Shown piece after piece: positions 1 to 9,674 of a stretch of 64,000 nt of DNA. The position numbers and the translations under genes are program-made. The notes under the pieces are model-generated. The model saw only the letters and a list, made by a program, of their open reading frames with translations. It did no database searches and was not told the DNA's origin. The DNA is from Candidatus Undinarchaeales archaeon (GTDB taxonomy: Archaea; SpSt-1190; JASMDC01), in NCBI GenBank assembly GCA_030753015.1, contig JASMDC010000014.1, forward strand, positions 16,440-80,439, given 5' to 3'. Positions within the stretch are counted from its first letter, which is position 1; every line of letters begins with the position of its first letter.

Positions 1-705
1 ACCGATCTTCTCGCCCTCCCACTCCTGAGTGCCCATCTCCATGACGATCCCTGCATCATCCCAGTGGACCAGGTCGTCCGAGTAGGCCACGTGCATGGAA
101 AGGTCGGTGTTCGGTCGGTGCATCATGGCATACCGCCCGTTGACCTTCTCGGGGAAGAGGAAGGCGTCCTTGTTGCGCACGCCTTCGAAGCCCTCGATAT
201 CCACAGGCCCCTTCTTGTCGAAGGTGTGGAAGTCCTTGGTCGTGGCCAGACAGATGTGATAGTGGAACCCGTCCTCCGGATCGTCCCTGTGCTTGAGACC
301 CGTGTAGAGCACGGCGTACTCGTCGGACCCGGGTATCAGGGTCGCTCTCGGGTCCTCCACACCGATGTAGTCGAAGTCGCTGTCGGGCAGCATCACAGGA
401 GCCTCCGAGCGCTCGAGCACGGTGTGCCCGTCGGATGCCACAACGACACGCTCGAACCTCGAGCGGGAGTAATCGTTCCATCGGTCGAGATGTTCGGGTT
501 CGGGGACATGGTCATTAAGGTCGGCATCTCCATCGAAGAGCTTGCCCGGTGCGCCCTGGTCGCGCACGAGCAGGAGATACCCATCGTCCCACTTGACCGC
601 CGCAGCGTTGAAAACAACACCGGAGCGGAAGGGATCGTCCTCCACAGGCTCCAAGAACGGATTATGTTCATCCCTCTCTAAGAGGGAGTCCTCGACCGAT
701 ACCAT
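1..705 (-). CDS. GH130-family glycoside phosphorylase/hydrolase (beta-mannoside type), 3' end beyond window
   Basis: Not in the ORF track because it runs off the edge. Manual translation from ATG 705: MVSVEDSLLERDEHNPFLEP...VVFNAAAV...GVEDPRAT...NKDAFLFPEKVNGRYAMMHRP...WEGEKIG. FN(A/P), EDPR, NKD..LFPEK..G.Y.M.HRP and KIG are GH130 motifs. Confidence 0.85.
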   Translation of the reverse strand, partial: MVSVEDSLLERDEHNPFLEPVEDDPFRSGVVFNAAAVKWDDGYLLLVRDQGAPGKLFDGDADLNDHVPEPEHLDRWNDYSRSRFERVVVASDGHTVLERSEAPVMLPDSDFDYIGVEDPRATLIPGSDEYAVLYTGLKHRDDPEDGFHYHICLATTKDFHTFDKKGPVDIEGFEGVRNKDAFLFPEKVNGRYAMMHRPNTDLSMHVAYSDDLVHWDDAGIVMEMGTQEWEGEKIG

Positions 706-942
706 GTACACCCCTGTGATTCCCGGCAGGGAAGCCTGCTTATATACATTTGCTCGTATGATAACGGATACACTTCATCGACCGACATCGTTCCGAGCGA
801 AGAACTCGATTATCAATGAAGGAAAGTACCACTTCCCCCCTCCCAATACCACCCTGCCGGTTAACCAGAAAGCTTTTAAGGGACCTGTCTTGCCGTTTTT
901 CACTGAGACATCGAGCCGCGGTTCGATATTAGGGGACTGTAC

Positions 943-3183
943 ATGGAAGTCGAACGGGACATCGTCGAAGAGACATCCCTTGAAGGGGAGTGGGCCTATC
1001 GCACTGACCGCTTCCATCTCGGCGGGTTGCGTGGGTATGCCCGCGAGGGATTCAATGACGATGGCTGGGACACCATGAAGATCCCCTCGAACTGGTACCG
1101 AGAAGGGCTGGACCACTCCGGGACCGTTTGGTTCCGTCACGGTTTCGACATGCCCGAACGTGAGGACGGTGCCCGCTATCATCTCGTGTTCAAAAGCGTC
1201 GACTACAAGGCCGATGTGACCCTCAACGGCGAGAAACTCGGTTCCCACGAGGGCTACTTCGACGAGTTCTCCTATGACGTCACCGACGTGATTAAGGACG
1301 AGAACTCTCTGGCCGTGCGCGTGGACTCACCAAAAGAGCCGTTCTTCTCCTACATAACCGGCAAGAAGTACATCAAGGGCGTGCTGGACCAGTGGGACTG
1401 CCGGCCCGGCGGGCTCGATCCCTTCAGGGGTCGGGACGCCAACACCGGCGGCATCTGGCGCGACGTGACCATCAAGCGTACGGGCGACTATGTCCTCGGC
1501 GACGTCAAGCTCACCCCGACGATCCGGGAAAGTGGCGCCGACATGTCGGTCACGGTCCCCATCAAGGCCTACCGGGACGGGGAGACGACCGTCCGTGTAC
1601 GCCTCACCCCCAAGAACTTCGAGGGCGAATCGTACGAGATCGAACAGACCGTCGATGTCAAGGAGGGCGAGAACGAGGCCAGGTTCGACATGTCCATGAA
1701 CGGGGCCAAGAAATGGTGGACCTGGGACATGGGCGACCCAAACCTCTACAACTATGAGGTGGCCGTCGTCGACGGCGGGCGAGTATCCGACCGTGATACG
1801 GGCAATATCGGCGTACGTGAGTTCGAACAGCGCGAGGACGGCGGATGGTACCTTAACGGTAAGCCCCTCTTCGTGCGCGGTACCAACTACATCTCGACAC
1901 AATGGATGAGCGAGGGCCCGTCCTTCTACGATCGCGACTTCGAGCTCCTCAGGAAGGCCAACATGAACGGCGTGCGTGTTCACGCCCACATCGAGGACGA
2001 CTCGTTCTACGACCGATGCGACGAGAACGGCATCCTCGTGTGGCAGGACTTCATCCTCCAATGGAACTATGACCCCAAGCTCCAGGACAGGGCCGTAGGT
2101 ATGATGCGCAAGATGGTCAGGAATCTGTACAACCATCCGTCCGTGATGGTGTACGCCTGTCACAACGAGCCCATCTCCGTCGACAACATCGGGGACATGC
2201 TCGGATTCGTCTGGGAATCTTTGGGTTTCGGCCGTAAGACCGACAGCCCCGAGGAGGAGCAGCATCGACGGAACACGCTCATGGGTGCCCTGGACGGACG
2301 ACACTGGCTGGTTCAGAAGGGTGTCGAGGAGTTCGATGAGGCCCTTCGTTCGGCTGCTGTTGAAGAGGATCCCACGCGGCTCGTAAAGGTCTCGTCCCCA
2401 ACGACCGAGCACAAGTACTTCGGCTGGTACACGGGCGACTATCACCAGTTCCGTGAGGACGCGGCCAATGCCGAGCCCATCATCAGCGAGTTCGGTGCCC
2501 AGGGTCTCCCGGACATGGAGACCATGCGCCGGATATTCTCAGAGAAGGAGATGGAGCCCACCAACTGGAACTACGCCAGGTCTTGGATGCCCAAGGACTT
2601 CCAACCGCTCCAGACCCACATGATCGCCGGTATCGAAAAGGGTGAATCCATAGAGGAGTTCGTCGCTAACTCGCAGGATTACCAGGCGCGCGTGAACAAG
2701 TTCGCCATCGAGAACTATCGCCGCCACAAGCACGAGCCCGTGACCGCGCTCTTCCAGTTCATGTTCGTTGACTGTTGGGAGGATGCCATCACCTGGTCGC
2801 TCGTCGACTACGACCGGCGCCCGAAGCAGGCGTTCGAAGCCGTGGCCACCGCCTACCAGCCCGTGCTCGTCTCTGCCGATCAGGAGCATGAAAAGGTCAG
2901 GCTCGGGGATCGCATCGAGGTGCCCCTCTGGGTGACGAACGACCTCTACAAGGCGTACAGCGGCGCGTCACTGCGCGCGACGCTCGTTGACGCAGAAGGG
3001 AACGTTGTCAAGGAGCAGGAGTCCGTCATCGATGTCGATGAGAGCTCATCCAATGCTTTCGGTTCCCTGAAGTGGACGCCCGAGGCCGCCGGGGACTACA
3101 AACTAAGGCTTGAACTCGAAAAAGAGGGCGAGGTCCTGTCCCGCAACGAGTACGACTACGCGGTCAAAGAGCCAACTGCTTAG
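943..3183 (+). CDS. Glycoside hydrolase family 2 (beta-mannosidase-like)
   Basis: 746 aa; GH2 architecture: VDYKADVTLNG..LGSHEGYF, GGIWRDV, WWTWDMGDPNLY, LNGKPLFVRGTNY, GILVWQDF, NHPSV...HNE (acid/base), ISEFGAQ (nucleophile). Confidence 0.9.
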   Translation: MEVERDIVEETSLEGEWAYRTDRFHLGGLRGYAREGFNDDGWDTMKIPSNWYREGLDHSGTVWFRHGFDMPEREDGARYHLVFKSVDYKADVTLNGEKLGSHEGYFDEFSYDVTDVIKDENSLAVRVDSPKEPFFSYITGKKYIKGVLDQWDCRPGGLDPFRGRDANTGGIWRDVTIKRTGDYVLGDVKLTPTIRESGADMSVTVPIKAYRDGETTVRVRLTPKNFEGESYEIEQTVDVKEGENEARFDMSMNGAKKWWTWDMGDPNLYNYEVAVVDGGRVSDRDTGNIGVREFEQREDGGWYLNGKPLFVRGTNYISTQWMSEGPSFYDRDFELLRKANMNGVRVHAHIEDDSFYDRCDENGILVWQDFILQWNYDPKLQDRAVGMMRKMVRNLYNHPSVMVYACHNEPISVDNIGDMLGFVWESLGFGRKTDSPEEEQHRRNTLMGALDGRHWLVQKGVEEFDEALRSAAVEEDPTRLVKVSSPTTEHKYFGWYTGDYHQFREDAANAEPIISEFGAQGLPDMETMRRIFSEKEMEPTNWNYARSWMPKDFQPLQTHMIAGIEKGESIEEFVANSQDYQARVNKFAIENYRRHKHEPVTALFQFMFVDCWEDAITWSLVDYDRRPKQAFEAVATAYQPVLVSADQEHEKVRLGDRIEVPLWVTNDLYKAYSGASLRATLVDAEGNVVKEQESVIDVDESSSNAFGSLKWTPEAAGDYKLRLELEKEGEVLSRNEYDYAVKEPTA

Positions 3184-3190
3184 GACGCTG

Positions 3191-3736
3191 TCACGTCCGT
3201 GACATGGCTTTCTTCTTGTTCAGTGCGGCGTCGAAGGTCGATGAAAGGAGGTCCTGGTTTATGGCAGCACTACCGTCCGGCTTCAGCTCGATGAGCCCCA
3301 TCTTGTAGAGCACGGCCACGACGTACCCGCACTTCTCCTGGTCCATGCCCAGCGCCTCGGAGAGCTCCACGAGCGTCGACCGACCGAAATGACCGAAATA
3401 GGCGAACACGATCTTCTGGATAGAAGGCTGTCGCTCCGGGTTCTTGACGGTCGACATGATATGCTGGACCGCCCCCCGGATATCCTTGGAGTAGTTCTCC
3501 TTCCACTCTTCCGGGAAGAGCTCCTTGTACAGTTTCATCCCCTTGTCGGTGAGAGTATAGAAGTTATCATCCTTGATGACGACGCCCTCGTTCCGAAGGA
3601 CGCTCAGCGCTCGAGAAACAGATGCATAGCCGCTCTCCCTGCGGTTCGGAGCGTACTCCTCGACTATGTCGCCGACGATCTTGCGGGATATTCCGAGGCT
3701 CCTGATGACGTGACGTTGAACCGTTCCAAGCCGCAT
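3191..3736 (-). CDS. Putative transcriptional regulator with two winged-HTH-like segments
   Basis: SVSRALSVLRNEGVV..YTLTDKG and TLVELSEALGMDQEKCGYVVAVLYKMGLIE resemble wHTH domains. Start moved to ATG 3736 (AGGTGG RBS). Confidence 0.6.
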   Translation of the reverse strand: MRLGTVQRHVIRSLGISRKIVGDIVEEYAPNRRESGYASVSRALSVLRNEGVVIKDDNFYTLTDKGMKLYKELFPEEWKENYSKDIRGAVQHIMSTVKNPERQPSIQKIVFAYFGHFGRSTLVELSEALGMDQEKCGYVVAVLYKMGLIELKPDGSAAINQDLLSSTFDAALNKKKAMSRT

Positions 3737-3746
3737 GGTACCACCT

Positions 3747-3788
3747 GTTAACAATGTGTTATAGTGCCGTTACAGAAACGTTATGTTA
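3747..3788. promoter_or_regulatory. Phased GTTA direct-repeat array (candidate operator)
   Basis: GTTA at 3747, 3758, 3769 and 3780 (exact 11-bp period), plus one at 3785, in an AT-rich divergent promoter next to TTTAAA at about 3795. Confidence 0.5.
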
Positions 3789-3915
3789 TTTGAATTTAAA
3801 GCTCAGACGACACCTTTTCCTTCACCCCCCAAGGTGAGGCGGCCACCCCCCAGGTACGCACCTTGATGAGCGGGAACACAATCCGGTGAGACATCCCGGG
3901 ACGGAGGTTGGGAAC

Positions 3916-4380
3916 ATGAAGACCGAGCAGTTATTAGAGTCCATCAAGAAAGCGTTCAGCGAAAGTGAATTCACCATGGCAGAGCTTCTAGATGCCATGT
4001 TCGACGAGTCAGACAAACCGCGTTCTAACACGAGCGAGTACCGTGCGATCATGCACGCGCTGCTCGCGATCGAGAAGTACGGTGGTATCAAGTCCCGCAA
4101 GATCGGGTCCATCAAGCACTATTCGCTCCCAGAGTACAAGCGGCCCAGCGAGCGCCCCAAGCGCAACCACGCTGATGAATACATGCGTATCCGCGAGATG
4201 GTCATCGAAGGCCTCCGGACAGGAAAGATCCCCATGTTCGGTGCCAATAAGGACGATCTCAGGGCGCTGCGCTACATCCAGGACAACATCGTCGAGCTAG
4301 TGCAGCGGGTGAACGCTCCGTACCAGCGTATCCAAGTCAGGCGGACGCCCCTGTACCTCGAGCTCAATCCCGTGATGTGA
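3916..4380 (+). CDS. Hypothetical protein, possible N-terminal wHTH
   Basis: ATG 3916 after GGAGGT RBS; FTMAELLDAM...AIMHALLAIEKYGGIKSRKIGSIKHYSL resembles a wHTH helix plus wing. Confidence 0.5.
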   Translation: MKTEQLLESIKKAFSESEFTMAELLDAMFDESDKPRSNTSEYRAIMHALLAIEKYGGIKSRKIGSIKHYSLPEYKRPSERPKRNHADEYMRIREMVIEGLRTGKIPMFGANKDDLRALRYIQDNIVELVQRVNAPYQRIQVRRTPLYLELNPVM

Positions 4381-4476
4381 AGGGGTACACCCCCTTCCTC
4401 GCGAGACCCCGTGAGAACCATTATAAACTAGCAGGCTTGCGACCGGTCCCTGTACTCGATATACCGGTCGTAAGCC

Positions 4477-5262
4477 ATGGTCGATCCTTCGCTACTCCTC
4501 ATTCGCGGCATCGCCGGCGCTGCCATGGTGCTCACCGTGACCGCGCTCGCCGAGCGTGCAGGCCCACGTGTGGCAGGGGTCCTCATGGCCTTCCCCACCA
4601 TGACGGCCATCAACCTTCATTTCATCGGGCTCTCTCACGATGCGACCTTTGCTGCGGAGAGCGCGACATGGAACCCCGTCGGGCTCACGGCCGACGTGTT
4701 CTTCGTTCTAGCATACGTCGCTTGTTGCCGACTCGCAACGGGGAACTCACGAAGGACAGAAGTGGCGATCGCGCTCATCGGAGCGCTTGCCGTACTGGTC
4801 ACCTCCGTGTGGACGCTCGAGGCGATCGCTCCTGCTGCATTCATGGGCCGGCTTGCCGTCCTCGCATTCGCCATCGGTGTCCTTGCATTTCTCACACGCG
4901 ACATCCCCGATAAGTCCACGACCTTGGTAGGCAGGGGTGCACTCGTCCCTCGCGCGCTCTTCGCAGGACTCGTCGTGGCGGGTGTCACACTGGCGGCCGA
5001 TATGCTGGGCCCTGCCTGGGGCGGGCTCCTCTCCGCGTTCCCCGGCACTATCCTTCCGGTGCTCGTCCTCCTCCATCTGGCCCATGGCCACGAGGTCACG
5101 GATTCCGTCGTGAAGCACTCCTGGTCAGGATTCTCATCCACAGGCGTGTACGCGTTCATGATAGCGAACCTCTACCCGGTATGGGGCGTGTGGGCCGGGA
5201 CGGCCACCTCTCTAGTAGGTGCCACCCTTGTAGCACTGGTCCTGAACCTCATCCGCAAGTGA
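4477..5262 (+). CDS. Multi-pass membrane protein with internal duplication (DUF3147-like)
   Basis: Two halves share the motifs GPRVAGVLMAFPT and GPAWGGLLSAFPG; about 8 hydrophobic helices. Confidence 0.65.
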   Translation: MVDPSLLLIRGIAGAAMVLTVTALAERAGPRVAGVLMAFPTMTAINLHFIGLSHDATFAAESATWNPVGLTADVFFVLAYVACCRLATGNSRRTEVAIALIGALAVLVTSVWTLEAIAPAAFMGRLAVLAFAIGVLAFLTRDIPDKSTTLVGRGALVPRALFAGLVVAGVTLAADMLGPAWGGLLSAFPGTILPVLVLLHLAHGHEVTDSVVKHSWSGFSSTGVYAFMIANLYPVWGVWAGTATSLVGATLVALVLNLIRK

Positions 5263-5279
5263 GGTATTTTTAAACCATA

Positions 5280-6284
5280 ATGGTCCTTTCAGAGGGCACC
5301 GTGGCAGGGGAGAAGAAGGATTCGACGGACGAGGAAATCGAACTGAAGTCCAAGGATTCCAAGAAGGAACCAGGGGACAAGGAGTCGACCTCTAAGACTG
5401 AGGATTCGTCCAAGAAGACCGATAAAGAGGAAAAGGAGGCCACTCCTGAGGAAGAGGAGAAGGGCCAGGAAGAAGAAGAGGTGCCAAAGAAGAAGAAGGC
5501 TCGGAAGAAGAAGAAGGCTCCGAAGAAGGAGAAGGAACCCGTCGAAGCCCCGCCTAAGAAAGAAGAGGAAGAGGCCGTCGTCGAGTTGCCGATCGGGCGC
5601 ATCATCTTCTACATAATCATCACGGTCCTTGCTGTATCCCTCATCCTCAAGGCATCCCCCCAGCTACGAACGGTCAGGTGCGACTATCTGGCTGACGACC
5701 CGGAGATGTGTTTACTCGATTCAGCTCTCGTGCTCGAGGACATCTCGCTCTGCAAGTCGATCACGGACAAGGACGTGATCAATCAGTGCTACCGTACGCT
5801 TTCCTTCATCAAACAGGACATCGAGCCATGCAAACTGCTCGAAGAGACATCGGAACGGGATGCATGTGTCGCGAACGTGGCACTGACGCTAAAGGACGTG
5901 AGCTTGTGCGCCGAGTCGGTCAACGTATCAGAGCAGGACCGCTGTACGACCAACGTCGCCATGGAGAAGAAGGACCCGACACTCTGTTCAGGTGTGAAGG
6001 ACCTGGGGCTCAGGACCACGTGCGAGGCAACTGTCTCTCAGAACCTGGACCTCTGTGAGCTCATCATAACAGGCCAGCGCGACTTCTGCATGCGCCACAT
6101 AGCAACACGGACGGTCCAGCCAAAGCTGTGCCAGCGCATCAACGATAACTGGTACCGTGACATGTGCTATGGGTTCCTTGCCGTCGAGATGGCTGATCGC
6201 ACCGTATGTGAGAGCATCATCTCCGCCTCGTACAAGGAGCGCTGCCTGGCGGCGTTCAACCAGGACGTGCTGACTCCGCCCTGA
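5280..6284 (+). CDS. Membrane-anchored protein with charged low-complexity N-terminus and Cys-rich repeats
   Basis: K/E-rich N-terminus, one TM (IIFYIIITVLAVSLIL), then about 26-aa repeats of the form LC..I.....RD.C...A. Confidence 0.7.
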   Translation: MVLSEGTVAGEKKDSTDEEIELKSKDSKKEPGDKESTSKTEDSSKKTDKEEKEATPEEEEKGQEEEEVPKKKKARKKKKAPKKEKEPVEAPPKKEEEEAVVELPIGRIIFYIIITVLAVSLILKASPQLRTVRCDYLADDPEMCLLDSALVLEDISLCKSITDKDVINQCYRTLSFIKQDIEPCKLLEETSERDACVANVALTLKDVSLCAESVNVSEQDRCTTNVAMEKKDPTLCSGVKDLGLRTTCEATVSQNLDLCELIITGQRDFCMRHIATRTVQPKLCQRINDNWYRDMCYGFLAVEMADRTVCESIISASYKERCLAAFNQDVLTPP

Positions 6285-6341
6285 GCGCGCTCATCCTTCA
6301 CGAGGATGGGTTTTTATGTCTTCCAGCTCAAGCGCCGTCCT

Positions 6342-7565
6342 ATGGCCGCCCAGAGGCTCTATGAGGACGATCCCTTCGGCGATAGCTTCACAGCACATGT
6401 CGTCGCTCTAGGAAAGGAAGGTGTAGTGCTCGATCGGACGCTCTTCCACCCCCAGGGAGGCGGACAGCCGGGTGACACCGGTACGCTCGTCTGGAAGGAC
6501 GGAGAGACGACCGTTGTCGACGCCCAGGAATCGGGTGATGACGTCATCCATGTCCTTGGACCCGACACTACTCCACCACCCGAGGGCACAGAGGTCACAG
6601 GCCGCATCGACATGGTCAGGAGAAGGGCCCTCATGCGTGCGCACACGGGCGAACATGTGCTCTTCCGTGCCATCGACAAGGTCACCAAGGGTGAGGCTGC
6701 GGTCAGCAAGATCGCGCTGGAGGAGGATGGTGGGAAGCTCTTCGTAGAGGGACATGACCTCGACTGGCCTGTCATTGCACAATCCCTGTTACAGGCGAAC
6801 GACGCCGTGCTCAGTGACATAGCCGTTCATACCGAACTGTTACCCAAGGAGAAGGTCCTTGGCCAGCATCCCGATGCCCGCATCAAGGTCGAGCGCATAA
6901 AGGGCGATGTCGCCCGCGTTGTCGTTGTCGACGGTTTCGACGCAGCTGCGTGCTCCGGAACCCATCTCAGGTCGACGGGAGAGATCGGCGCCATCGCCAT
7001 CACGGGCAGGAACCGGACAGGCGGCAGTACCATTCTAAGCTTCCTCACAGGCGAGCGTGCCCGATCACACCTCATCGAGGCGACATGTCGGGTCGGTGAG
7101 CTCAGTGAACTGCTCAGTGCGGACCTCGAGCGTTTGAGGCCTACGATCGAGAACCTCATCACCGAGAAGGAGGCGCTCTGGTCACGCTACAAGAGCGCGT
7201 CCAGCCATCTGGCACGGCTCAAGCTCGAACATATGGAGCCCGTGGAGATGTCAGGTCTGAAGCTCTACTGCGAGGTCCTTCCCCTCAAGCGTGAGGAGGT
7301 CATCAAGACCGTGAACCGTCTTATCGCGGGTCAGAGAACGGTCGCCCTCCTCGCCAGCGATGATGAGAAGCCCTTCCTCGCTTTCGGATCCTCGGACGAC
7401 GCTGGCGTCGACGTCTCCCCGGTCCTTCGCCAGGCCTGCTCGCTCCTTGGGGGCGGAGGTGGTGGGAAGCCGACGTTCGCCAGCGGTGGGGGCAAGTCCA
7501 GCGAACACCTCGACGATGCCATGGAGCTTGCGCGCAGCCTGATCGAGGAACAGGCATCCTCTTAG
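6342..7565 (+). CDS. alaX: Alanyl-tRNA editing protein AlaX (long form with C-Ala/DHHA1 domain)
   Basis: DRTLFHPQGGGQPGDTG, HTGEH and CSGTH Zn-editing motifs; C-terminal GGGGGGKPTFASGGG; no aminoacylation domain. Confidence 0.85.
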   Translation: MAAQRLYEDDPFGDSFTAHVVALGKEGVVLDRTLFHPQGGGQPGDTGTLVWKDGETTVVDAQESGDDVIHVLGPDTTPPPEGTEVTGRIDMVRRRALMRAHTGEHVLFRAIDKVTKGEAAVSKIALEEDGGKLFVEGHDLDWPVIAQSLLQANDAVLSDIAVHTELLPKEKVLGQHPDARIKVERIKGDVARVVVVDGFDAAACSGTHLRSTGEIGAIAITGRNRTGGSTILSFLTGERARSHLIEATCRVGELSELLSADLERLRPTIENLITEKEALWSRYKSASSHLARLKLEHMEPVEMSGLKLYCEVLPLKREEVIKTVNRLIAGQRTVALLASDDEKPFLAFGSSDDAGVDVSPVLRQACSLLGGGGGGKPTFASGGGKSSEHLDDAMELARSLIEEQASS

Positions 7566-7704
7566 GTCACGACGCGACCATCAGAATCCTCGAAGGTGCG
7601 CTCGAAACTGCACGGTTGGGGCAAAAGGAGAGTCTCGACGCGTTGCGTCGTCTTCGGGCAGCCATGAGCCAAGCTATTTAATTGTGTGGCCTGCACGCGC
7701 GCCC

Positions 7705-9579
7705 ATGACGGAGGCCAAACAATCCATCGATGCTGTCATTGAGGTATCGTTCGAGGGGGGCCACAAGGTAGGGGGCATCTATACGGTGCTCCTTTCCAAG
7801 TCCGAACAGATGCGACGTAATTGGGGCGATAATTACTTCCTCATCGGATTCTACTGGCCCGACGATGCACGGACCGAGCTCGTACCCGAGGAACCACCTC
7901 CAGAGGTCGTTCCCGCTCTCAAGCGTCTTGCTGACAGGGGTATCATATGCCATTGGGGGCGCTGGGTCAGGGGTAGCAATGTGCGCCTCATCCTCGTGGA
8001 GGCCGGGGATTACATCATGAATGACGTACCGTCGGAGAACGGTGCCGATAAGCGTATCAACATCCTCAAGTGGGACCTCTGGAAGAAGTATGGCGTTGAC
8101 TCCATGATGATGGGTCATGACTTCAACGAGCCCATCGGGTGGTCCACTGCATGCGGCGAGGTCATCGAAGAGCTCACTCAGTCTCCGTTGCTCAAGGGTA
8201 AGCGGGTCGTCGCACAGTTCCACGAGTGGCTCGCAGGAGGCGCCCTCCTTCATCTTCACAAGAAGAAATCACCAGTGGGCCTCGTGTTCACGACCCACGC
8301 TACTATCCTTGGTCGATCCATCGCCTCGTCCGGCCGGGACCTCTTCCGCATGGTGTTCGAAGGGTCCAAGAAGGGCTCTGTCGTCGATCCCCATGAGGCG
8401 TACAACTACAAGTGTGAGGGAAAACACTTGATGGAGGTGGCCTGTGCCAAGAACGCTGATGCGTTCACGACGGTCAGCAAGACTACCGCCAAGGAGGCTC
8501 AGTTCATCCTTGGCCAGAAGGTGGACGCTGTCCTGCCCAACGCTCTCGACTTCTCCACGTTCGGGTCCGCTCAGAAGCTCTCGGTGAGCCATGCCAAGAA
8601 CAGGAAGAAGGTGAAGCGGTTCCTCCGATCGTACTTCGCTCCCTTCTACGACATAAACCTCCTGGGATGCCTCATCTTCTATACATGCGGACGGTACGAG
8701 TTCAGCAACAAGGGCATGGATATCTTCATCGATGCGCTCGGTGAGCTGAACAAGCGTCTGAAGAAACAGAAGGACACGAATGAGGTCTATGCCTTCGTCT
8801 GGGTCCCTTCCGGAATAGCCGGGATGAAGGACTGGGTGCTCCGCACAAAGGTCATGCTCGACCGCATAGAGGAGCTGGTGGACGAGGAGCTGGAGAACGT
8901 CCGGTTCGAGCTCATCGACTCCATCACGTCCCAGGACATGAAGGCCTTGAAAAAAGGTACCAAGGTCTCCGACAGGTTCGTGGCCGATGTCACCGGTCTC
9001 GTGGGCCAGTTCAAGAGAGAAGGTGCGCCCCCCCACTGCGCCTTCAACCTCATGTACGATGAGAACCACGATATGGTCATAAACCATCTCAAGCGTGCAG
9101 GGCTCAACAACGGTCAGAAGGACAAGGTCCGCGTGATCCACTACCCCTCCTACCTGACCAAATCGGACCAGGTGCTCGGGCTCTCCTATTACGAGGCCCT
9201 CAATGCAGGTGACATGGGCGTGTTCCCGTCCCGTTACGAGCCGTGGGGGTACACACCCGCCGAGGCCGCAGCACAGATGGCGCTCTCGGTGACCACTGAT
9301 CAGGCCGGTTTCGGCCAGTTCGTGCTGGAGAACACCAAGGGCAAGAAGGGCAACGGCATCCAAGTGCTCGCCATGGAGGGCAAGAAGCGCTCCGACGTCG
9401 TCACTCAGCTAGCGGACTTCATGGAGGAGGTCGCACTCATGGACAAGGGCGACCTCATCGAGCTCAAGCTCAATGGCCGCGACATCGCCGAGCTGTCCGA
9501 CTGGCGGCGGCAGATCGAGAACTATATCACCGCTTATGGGCTTGCACTAAAGGGCTCGATCAAGAGGGTCAAATCCTGA
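7705..9579 (+). CDS. Glycogen synthase, GT3 family
   Basis: EVSFEGGHKVGGIYTV, QFHEWLAG, FTTHATILGR, GRYEFSNKGMD and GVFPSRYEPWGYTPAE are GT3 signatures. Confidence 0.9.
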   Translation: MTEAKQSIDAVIEVSFEGGHKVGGIYTVLLSKSEQMRRNWGDNYFLIGFYWPDDARTELVPEEPPPEVVPALKRLADRGIICHWGRWVRGSNVRLILVEAGDYIMNDVPSENGADKRINILKWDLWKKYGVDSMMMGHDFNEPIGWSTACGEVIEELTQSPLLKGKRVVAQFHEWLAGGALLHLHKKKSPVGLVFTTHATILGRSIASSGRDLFRMVFEGSKKGSVVDPHEAYNYKCEGKHLMEVACAKNADAFTTVSKTTAKEAQFILGQKVDAVLPNALDFSTFGSAQKLSVSHAKNRKKVKRFLRSYFAPFYDINLLGCLIFYTCGRYEFSNKGMDIFIDALGELNKRLKKQKDTNEVYAFVWVPSGIAGMKDWVLRTKVMLDRIEELVDEELENVRFELIDSITSQDMKALKKGTKVSDRFVADVTGLVGQFKREGAPPHCAFNLMYDENHDMVINHLKRAGLNNGQKDKVRVIHYPSYLTKSDQVLGLSYYEALNAGDMGVFPSRYEPWGYTPAEAAAQMALSVTTDQAGFGQFVLENTKGKKGNGIQVLAMEGKKRSDVVTQLADFMEEVALMDKGDLIELKLNGRDIAELSDWRRQIENYITAYGLALKGSIKRVKS

Positions 9580-9674
9580 GCGCTGACGGATCGACCCGCA
9601 AGAAGCGGGTCAAGGAGCGTAAGCCGACCGAGAAGCTCGTCCCCAAGGATATACCCGAGGACGAAGGCTCTTGC

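Noticed and set aside
56-1248. ORF-track ORFs 56..481, 64..681, 542..1078 and 775..1248 (and similar antisense ORFs throughout)
   Set aside because: They are shadow ORFs of high-GC coding sequence that overlap motif-supported genes.
6342-7565. Full alanyl-tRNA synthetase
   Set aside because: There is no class II aminoacylation domain; only editing and C-Ala domains are present.
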